DNA from: an uncultured Bacilli bacterium
Lineage (GTDB): Bacteria; Bacillota_I; Bacilli_A; RF39; UBA660
Direction of reading: 5' to 3'
Length of the DNA stretch: 64,000 nucleotides
NCBI GenBank assembly: GCA_934131005.1
Contig: CAKOYV010000007.1
Span: 6,689 to 70,688, forward strand
The notes beneath the pieces are model-generated. The model was not told the DNA's origin, did no database searches, and saw only the letters and a program-made list of their open reading frames with translations. Within the stretch, counting starts at the first letter, position 1. Every line of letters starts with the position of its first letter. The position numbers were made by a program, and so were the translations under genes. Positions 9,912-18,900 of this stretch are shown here, piece by piece.

Positions 9912-10507
9912 CCTTTAGCACTATATTGATATACATTAACATGAATAGGCAAATTAATTTTAGTATCAGCTTTAGAACCTAATTCATAATCAGCTAAGTT
10001 ACTTTCTTCATTATCATTATCTTCCCAAACTAATTCAATTTTAATATCATACTTTTCTTTGTTCTTTATCTCTTTAAGATGAGCTATTCCTTGATAAGTA
10101 TTTTCACTTACCAAAGAAAATTCATGCCCTCCCACTTCACTAACAGATGTAACTTTAATTCCTGATTTGTTAAAAACTTCTGTATCAATTACTATTCTAT
10201 ATAAAAAAGAAGTATCTGTTGTCGAAGGATCAATTATGACATCAAAACTCCCAACTGAACCTGGGGCTCCCTTACCTTCTCTAACATGATTAGCATTACT
10301 CCAATTAATACTCGTCAAATCAAATTCTTCATCTTCTGTCGTTAAAGACGTTAGATAGGTATCTCCTACTCTGATTTTCCACCTAGCAAGTGCTATTGAA
10401 GGCGAATCAGTGATACCACTTTCAAATAACGAGTATGTTTGAGATAGCTGAAAAATTAGAACAAAAAGACCTATTAAAGTCATGGTGAAAAGAAAATACT
10501 TTTTCAT
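9908..10507 (-). CDS. Small secreted TasA/camelysin-like protein (cassette 1 substrate)
   Basis: Signal peptide ending QTYSLF. ARWKIRV motif shared with the 25029..25664 protein. C-terminal ELVWEDND...INLPIHVNVYQ family motif. Confidence 0.5.
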   Translation of the reverse strand: MKKYFLFTMTLIGLFVLIFQLSQTYSLFESGITDSPSIALARWKIRVGDTYLTSLTTEDEEFDLTSINWSNANHVREGKGAPGSVGSFDVIIDPSTTDTSFLYRIVIDTEVFNKSGIKVTSVSEVGGHEFSLVSENTYQGIAHLKEIKNKEKYDIKIELVWEDNDNEESNLADYELGSKADTKINLPIHVNVYQYSAKG

Positions 10508-11044
10508 CTAGGCCTCTTTTAAATTGCGTTTTACTTCAAGAATGAATTCATATAATTCATATAAGAAGATAAATAAAACTGGTAGTATGATTACAAGCAA
10601 GAATATCCATCTTGATGATAATATTTTTAAAATACTTCCTATTTTATGATAAATAACAGTGTTTTTAGTTGAACCTATTACATATTCACTAGAATATTCA
10701 TAATTTCCTTCAATTTCATAAGTTGTTTCTGTATTAGTAATTTTTCTTTTAGAAATAACTTTTGCTAAATTAACAATAACAGTATTTTTTTCTTTATTTT
10801 GTTCATAGAAAAAGATAGAATCATTAGAGGTAATATCATCATTACCTGTATCTGTTACTACTAATAAATCACCCTTTTTATAGGCAGGTTCCAGTGAATT
10901 ATCCGAAACAATTATAAAGCTTTTATCTCCTATTTCAGTTATTCCATATTTATTATAATTTAATAAGCATATTGTCATTAATATTACAACTAACATGTAA
11001 GGAATTAAGATGATTCCTCCTAGTATCTTTAATATTTTTTTCAT
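10508..11044 (-). CDS. SipW-like type I signal peptidase, paralog 1
   Basis: N-terminal TM, SDNSLEP (Ser box variant), GDLLVV, VIYHK (His), C-terminal TM. Abuts the downstream substrate gene. Confidence 0.55.
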   Translation of the reverse strand: MKKILKILGGIILIPYMLVVILMTICLLNYNKYGITEIGDKSFIIVSDNSLEPAYKKGDLLVVTDTGNDDITSNDSIFFYEQNKEKNTVIVNLAKVISKRKITNTETTYEIEGNYEYSSEYVIGSTKNTVIYHKIGSILKILSSRWIFLLVIILPVLFIFLYELYEFILEVKRNLKEA

Positions 11045-11084
11045 TATTACACCTTCTATTCTACAAATTTAGTATACCATAGTT

Positions 11085-12620
11085 TTAATTACTTGGCAAT
11101 TGAATTATTCCTAATTTATTTACATTAACCAAAAATAATATATCACCATAGTCTAGATTTAATTCTTCCATATATTCTATTATTTGTAGTTTTAAGATTA
11201 TATCTATAAAATTAGATAAATTTGAATTAATATCTGTATCTGTAATTTTATAATTAATTAATCGATAGCGATCAGCTATTACCCTAGGAATATTTATTTT
11301 TTCTTTTACCGTTATATTATTTAATAGCTGATATTTTATAGAAATAATTTTATCTTTAGTATCTTTTATTGCTTTATTAATTTCATCATTAGTACTCTCT
11401 TCCATATTATCTTCAAATAGTTTTCTTGTATAAGTATAGTACGATAATAAAAAATCTAATATTTCATAATATGTTATATTATCATTCATAAGAGAAATTT
11501 TTTCTTTTACTTTATTATAATCTAGCAAATAATATTTTTCTTTTAAATCATCTAAAAGATTATTTATTTTTAGGAGAATCATTTCTGCTTTTTCTTGTTT
11601 TTTTATTTTTAGTAAAAATCGATATTTTTTCTCTTCTTTAAATAATTTTTTTTCTTCTTTTTTTATTTCTTTTAATAAATTTTTATAGATATTTTTTTCT
11701 TTATCTTTTTCTTGATAATTTTTTATAAAGTCATCGATTAAGAACTTTATTTCTAAGTAAAATTGATATTCTATTAGACAGTTATACAAACCAAAGATAG
11801 ATTTATTATCTTCCTTATCAAAAAAGGTATTTATATATTTTTCTTTATCAAGAAAGTTATTTATATATTCTTCTTTTTTTTCTTTGCTATAAGATTTAAT
11901 ATCTAATTTTTCTTTTAAGAATAGATTAATTATATTTCCTTTTGTTTTAATTTTATTTTCTTTAGCTTGATTATATTTTTCTAAATAAGTATTTTTTAAT
12001 TCAAGAGATGTATTTTTTTTATTTATATAATACTTAATAAACTTTTTTTCATAGTAATAATATAAATATTTAAAGTTAAGGCCTATATAAAATATAATGT
12101 TAGGACATTTCCAATAGATTTCATTAAAGCATTTTTGTAATTTATTGCTTTTTATGTTATCTATATTTTCAAGAAAACATTCCATATAAATAGAAGTATA
12201 AGGACCATATTTAAAGTCCTTTTTTTCTAATTTAACGCCCACTTTAGAAAAAATTTGAATTGCTTTAGATATATCTTCATTTAAGTTAGTAAAATCATCT
12301 TTATAGAAGTGAATAATTTCATAGATATAATAATCTAATTTAGATTTTTCGTATGGAGTATTCCATTCGTTTTGTAATTCTATTTCTTCTTTTATTTTAT
12401 CTAAAAGTACATTGTCAAAAGAGATGAAATTTGATGATTCATAAAATTTATTTGCTCTTATATTTATTTCTTTTAAAACATCTTTTTCTAATGATTGATA
12501 GTGTTCTAATTTATCGTTTAGATATTCTAAGTATTTTGCTTTGTTTTTTTTATTATTTTTAGGCATTATTTCTAATGTTTCTTTTAAAAAATTAAATTCT
12601 TTACTTAGTTCATTCTTCAT
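11085..12620 (-). CDS. Hypothetical K/E/N-rich coiled-coil protein (about 511 aa); first gene downstream of the giant surface-protein gene
   Basis: Long ORF. Probable ATG start at 12620 (MKNELSKEF) with AGGAG 8 nt upstream; the ORF track extends to an upstream TTG at 12650. Confidence 0.45.
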   Translation of the reverse strand: MKNELSKEFNFLKETLEIMPKNNKKNKAKYLEYLNDKLEHYQSLEKDVLKEINIRANKFYESSNFISFDNVLLDKIKEEIELQNEWNTPYEKSKLDYYIYEIIHFYKDDFTNLNEDISKAIQIFSKVGVKLEKKDFKYGPYTSIYMECFLENIDNIKSNKLQKCFNEIYWKCPNIIFYIGLNFKYLYYYYEKKFIKYYINKKNTSLELKNTYLEKYNQAKENKIKTKGNIINLFLKEKLDIKSYSKEKKEEYINNFLDKEKYINTFFDKEDNKSIFGLYNCLIEYQFYLEIKFLIDDFIKNYQEKDKEKNIYKNLLKEIKKEEKKLFKEEKKYRFLLKIKKQEKAEMILLKINNLLDDLKEKYYLLDYNKVKEKISLMNDNITYYEILDFLLSYYTYTRKLFEDNMEESTNDEINKAIKDTKDKIISIKYQLLNNITVKEKINIPRVIADRYRLINYKITDTDINSNLSNFIDIILKLQIIEYMEELNLDYGDILFLVNVNKLGIIQLPSN

Positions 12621-12914
12621 TAATATCCAACTCCTGCTTTTCTTTTTCAAGATATGATAAAATTTCTTTTATAGTACTATATGTTTCCAAAATTTCTTCA
12701 TTAGATAGTTCTTTTATTTTTTGATTCATGATATCACCCATCTTCTATTTATTTAATTATAACGAATTTTTTTAAAATTGAAAAGTACTTAATTAAAATA
12801 TTTTGGAATAAATAGTTTAACTAAGTTGTAAAAATAAATTCCACTTTGAAAGAATAAGTTACATCTTTGGTTAAAAAAGTATACATTTAATTGATATTTT
12901 TTAAAATGTAGACA

Positions 12915-12941
12915 ACCCATAGAAAAAATCTATGGGTTGCC
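12915..12941 (-). terminator. Candidate intrinsic terminator downstream of the giant surface-protein gene
   Basis: Perfect 10-bp inverted repeat CAACCCATAG-N7-CTATGGGTTG, about 45 nt after the ORF stop, followed on the minus strand by a T/A-rich tract. Confidence 0.4.
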
Positions 12942-12988
12942 GACATTCTGACTTTTTCTAATATAAATTATTATACAGAAAAAGTTTT

Positions 12989-15900
12989 TTATTTTATAAT
13001 TATATATTTTACTACTTCTCCAACATAAGTGTTATTATCATATAAAAGAAATTTGATTTGGTATGTACCTGTTTTTAATTTATCTTTTAGATTTAATATA
13101 TATTGGAAGCGACTGTTAGGACTATCCATTACTAAATATTCATTTGCTGTGTTAGAGGTTTTTAAAGTATCTGTAACATAATCTTGTAAATTTACTTTAG
13201 TATAACTATATTTATAAATATCTGTATAGGTTCTTCTATATAATGCTACACGAATGCTAGGTTTCTTTAAGTTAGATTCATATTCTAAATTAAAATCTAA
13301 CATTTTACTTTTATTTGAAGTTCTTCCCGTTTTAGCATCTACATAATTATCAGCATCATCCATAGAAACTGATAAACCAAAGTTTTCATTGACAATAGTT
13401 ACTTCTTTGCTGATAGTAGTGGATGGCGCTAAGCCATAATAAATTCCATCTGCCGATCCAAACGTTTCTATTTTTAAGTGATATTCTCCACTAGGGATAT
13501 TACTGTTTGTTGTATCTATAGTAATTTTACTTGATACATTAGCAACCGATTCTGCAATATTAAATCTTACCGTTCCATCTTGTCTAGGAAAATAATTAAC
13601 ACCTTCATAGATGAATTTTGTACCCAACAAGGTTGCTCCGTTGACTAAATTATCTTCACTGTCATATAATGATAGTCTTATTCCTAATTTTTGGTTATAG
13701 AAATTAGTATCAATAATATTTATACTTCCTGTTTTTTGTTGGTCAAAATTAGTTATTACGTTTAATTCTACAGAAGAACCTACGTATATGGTATCATTAC
13801 TTAAAGTAGCTTCTGCATCAATAATAGCATCTTTTCCTTTATATAAGTTGTAAGTCATTTTTTGTTGAGCAATATCTAATACTGGTATTACAGGATTGTC
13901 ATTTTTATCTCTTAATTCCATTAGTAAGTTTTTCTTCAGGACAGTAGCATCTATATTTGCTTCTTTCAAATCTACATTAAAGATAAATTCTTCTTCTGCT
14001 TTTTTATTGGTACTATCATAGTACCTATTATTAGCATCACTATCACTATAAGTATTATTAGCACTTGAACTACCCATTTTAATAAATCTAGAGAACGGAT
14101 AACTGATTTCTCCTTCGGTATAAAGTTCATTTAGGCTATTTTCATAATCTTCTTTACTAATTACATAATAATAATATTCTGGTTTATCACTACTAGCAAA
14201 GTCAATCATTGTAATTTTAGTATTTTTAGGTAAGGCATAATTAGAAACTAGACTTCTGTAATAGCCATCTTTATATGGAGTAAAATTACTTTTTTTAAAT
14301 AGCGAAAAATAAGTACTGAAGGTACTGGTTGAAGTAATATGAACATTACTATTAGCGAACATTTCATATTGATCTCCTACCGTTATAGCTCCTTCATAGT
14401 TATCTCCATCATATAATGCTGATGATAAATTTACTTGAATGTTTACTCTTTGTATTTTACTATTTAAATCATCAATAGGTGTTGATACCATCAAAGAAAT
14501 TGTAACACTACCTAAATCAGCAGAAACATTTAAGTTTTTAGAGTGATATAGATAGAAAATAAAACTTGGTATCGTGGAAGAATTTTCACTTTTATAGGTT
14601 GTAGTTCCTTTTACTTCACTTCCCTTTTGAGTGATAAATTCTGTATCACCTTTGGTAATCCATCCGTTTGTTCCTGTTTTTATGGATAATCCAAAATTTT
14701 TGTTGGCTTCTTCTGTAGTTTTTGCATATCTTGGAATATCTTCGCTTGAAAGTAGTTCTATATTACTAGATAAGTTATCGTAATTAACTCCTAGAACATG
14801 AAATTCTGTATTAGGTTGATAATAGTTAAGTAATTGTAATTCATATGTTCCCAGAGTAGAATATTTAGATGCTGTTAGAGATAGGTCAATTACTTCAACT
14901 GACTCTCCTACTACCCATCTATAGTAGATGGTATCATTAGGTGTTGGCTCTATATAATCTTGTTTTATTGTAGTTCCATTTTCTTCTGGATAATTGGTAT
15001 AAAAGCCATCTTTATAATAGTTATGATTTTCTTTATGTTGCCCCATGACATAGCTTCCAGTTGAGAAATGATAAATTTCTGAACCACTAATCGTATCACC
15101 ATAATTGTATTTATCTGAATATAGGGCTGTTGTTATTTTTCCATTTCTATCTTTAGTAAACATTCCGAAGAATGTCATTCCACTTACTTCTCCATAGGTT
15201 GCTAATGATTCATCATCAGAGATGTTTAGGTTTTTGCCTTCTAGCATGTAAATACGATTTTCACCATTCTTGGCCACTTTTTGGTTTTCTTTGTCAATGG
15301 TTACTTCGACATTTTTTTCTTTTCCATCAATATCAACTAGACTGGAATATTTTTCTAGAAGGTTTGTTCCTTTATTTAAATATAATACTGAGCCATTCTT
15401 TAGTTTTAGATGTTTTATTCTACTAAAGGTAAATAATTCATTTTTATATTTGTTAGTTCTATCAGTTGCTCCTAATAATTCTATGGCACTGTTATTTAAG
15501 GTAACTACATCTGCTCTTTGGATTGAGACGTTTGTTTTGTAATTATCTCCATTACCATAATTATTGATATTTACATAGCTATAACCACCTGATGATGAGG
15601 CATTTCCACTACCCAAGATTGAGCCTGAAATTATATAATTGGTGTGCTTAGAAGCATCTATATTTATGTTAATTCCTTTTGTAACACTAATAAATTTAAA
15701 GTCATAGTCGACACTACCACTGGCATTTGCTTCTCCTCCTCCAAAAACAGTCCCTCCTATTATGATATCATCTTTTTGGTAATCAGTAGCATCTTCAATG
15801 GTATTAATTCCAATATTCACGTAAGTTTCTCCATAAACAACCGAGGTATTCGCTCCACCATAGACGTTTCCTAAGATAGTTGCTCCTGCTATATTAACAT

Positions 15901-18900
15901 AGCTTTTAGCACTATTTTTATTGGTACAAGTTATTGCATCACCTGATGACGTAAAGTCATTTTCACATCCTGTAGCAGCAGCATTTCCTCCTCCAAATAG
16001 GTGTTTTGTGATTACTGTTTTTCCAGATACATCTACTTCATTTCCAGTTACAACGACAGCTGTTTTACCGTTGCCACCGGCATGAACACTTTCTCCTATG
16101 GTACTATCGGTAATTTTGGTTATAGCATTACCTAGAACTGCTCCATCATTGCCACCTCCATAGGTATTTCCTGAGATAGTGGCATTTTTTATTAAAACAC
16201 TTGTATCTCCATCTACTAAAGCAGCATTTCCTCCTCCATAGATATCTCCTTTAACTGTAGTTTTATCTAAGATGTTTAGAGAAGTGTCTTTTAATATACT
16301 AGCCTCATTCCCTCCTCCATAGATAGCTTTTAGAATAGTAGCATTAGTAGTTGTAACGTTAGGTTTATTTGTAACTGCTTTGTTTCCTCCTCCATAGATT
16401 GAACCATAACTTCCACTAGTTAAGTTAATATTACTAGTTTTAGTTAATCCACCTTCATTATTTCCACCATACATATTATTAACATATAAATCATTATAAT
16501 AAATTGTTTTAGTATCTGTTCCATCTGAATTATGACCTACTAATATATAACCTACAATTTGAAAATCAGAATAGTCTACGTAAGAATGAATACAAAATTC
16601 AAAAGAATGAGTTGAATTTGCTGATAAAGCATTTGCACCATACCATTGATTTGTTTGGTTGGAATGAAATACACCATTAATTTCTTCAACATTCGTTCCT
16701 GACCAGTTAGAGTCAAAAACAGCATCAGTGGTTATTAAGTAAAAATCCCAATTAGTATAACTTGTTGTTGAAGCATTGTGAAGAGTAACATTAATTTTTT
16801 CACTAGATTTTATTCCTAATGGATTGGTTTGGTTTACAGTACTAGTATCGAAAGAAACATCTGCATATAAGTTACTATTACTTTCTAATTCTTGAGGTGT
16901 ATTTTTTATATTAGTAGTAGTAACATTTCCTAATACATTAGAACCTCCAAAAATATTTTTTATATATCCTTTATTTAAATTTAAATGTGTAGTAATAACA
17001 CCAGCACTTTTTCCTCCTCCAAATAAATAATCTATTTTTCCATGAATTATATTTAGATTTGAGGTAGTTGTTTCTGCTTCTAGTCCTCCTCCATAAATGG
17101 AAGTAATAATACCACCTGTTACTGTTACATTAGAGTTTACGGTTGTTCCTCCCAAATTATTTCCTCCATAGACACTGTCTGCTATGCCGTCATTTATGTT
17201 GATATAACTAGTATGAACAGTTCCTTTTTGGTCAGATCCCCCAAAAACATTGGTAGCTCTGTTATTTAAATTAACATTAGTTGCAGAAACGATATCCGTC
17301 TCTCGACCGCCTCCATATACATCGGTAACATCTCCTCCATCTATTGATACATTACTTGTATTAGTTGTTCCTCCAATGTTATTTCCACCGTAAACATTTG
17401 TTACTTTACCTGATTTTACATTAACATTACTAGTTGTAACATCTCCACTTGTATTAGACGCACCAAATAAGTTAGTAACTGTCCCTCCATTTAATAAAAC
17501 ATGACTGATATCAACTTTTGCTTGATTACCTCCGCCATATCCATTAGTGGTAGTTCCTCCATAAAAATTAATGTTTGGTTCGCTTACTTCTGTTTGATTT
17601 CCTCCTGCATAGGCATTTGTTATTTTTCCTCCATGAACATTTACAGTTACACTTCCATTTGGAGTTCCCCTTTGATCGGATCCGCCATAAACATTGTCAA
17701 TTATTCCACCTTTAATATCAACAGCGACATTACCTAGAACATAAGGTGTATAAGTACCATTACCTTCTCCTCCTCCAAAAACGCTATTTATCGTTCCAGA
17801 TAATACTTCAATATTCGTATTTTTAGAAGAAATGGTTGTTGAATTACTTGCTCCGTTAACTGTACCAAAAGCACTTCCTCCATAGATAGCATTTTCTATT
17901 TTTAAGTTTTCATTACTCTCATTTTCTATCCCTGTTATAATTTTTACTTCTCCTGTTACAAAAGTACCTGGACTTGATGATGATTGATATCCACCTTCTC
18001 CTCCTCCATAACAAGAAGTTCTGACTGTACCTGATAAGAGATTTAGAGCAACATCTCCATAAACTGTTCCTTTAGTTCTTGAACCTCCATAGATAGATCC
18101 TTCTACCAATCCTCCATTTAGAGTTATATTTACTTTAAATTCTTTACTAGAGGTACTTGCTCCATTATTATTTCCCCCACCATAAACATTTCCTTTTATA
18201 GTACCTCCTAATAGAGAAATATTGCTATAATTTGAATTACTGCTACTATTAATTCCAGTAGCCCCGTAGTTTCCTCCTCCATAGACATTTCCTAAGATAG
18301 TCGCGTTAGAATCTACAATAATTGTTGAATTATCATTAGTCCCAATTGAATCAGTACCTGATTTACCATTACCAATCCCAAAGACTGATCCTGCTTCAGC
18401 ATTCCACAGTTTAGTTCCATTATTTACATTATCTTCCTTACCAATAACAGCATTTCCTCCTATATAGATAAATGAACTACCTGATAATTTACCATCTCCA
18501 TCAGAACCTATGTAACCATTAGAGCCTCCAAAAATTTGATAATTAACAACTCCACCAGTTACTGCTATGATTCTATTTCCATAAGTGGTACTAAGTCCCG
18601 CACCTCCTACTATTGCATCAACTTCTCCTCCTGTTATATACATATATATATCATTTAGACTATCTCGATTATCACTAGAAGTTGGTCCCCCTATTAGATT
18701 ATAAATCCATCCCCCTTCAACTTTAACTTTTTTTGGAGCATAATGATCTCCATATCCTCTACCACCAACATAGATACCTGTTGCATAATCTGATTTTCCT
18801 GATCCAAATTTCCCACTTTTTACAACAAAATCAAAGATTAGACTAGTAGTTGTATTAGTGGCATAATAATTACCTCCACCCCAGCTTGATGAAGCACAAA

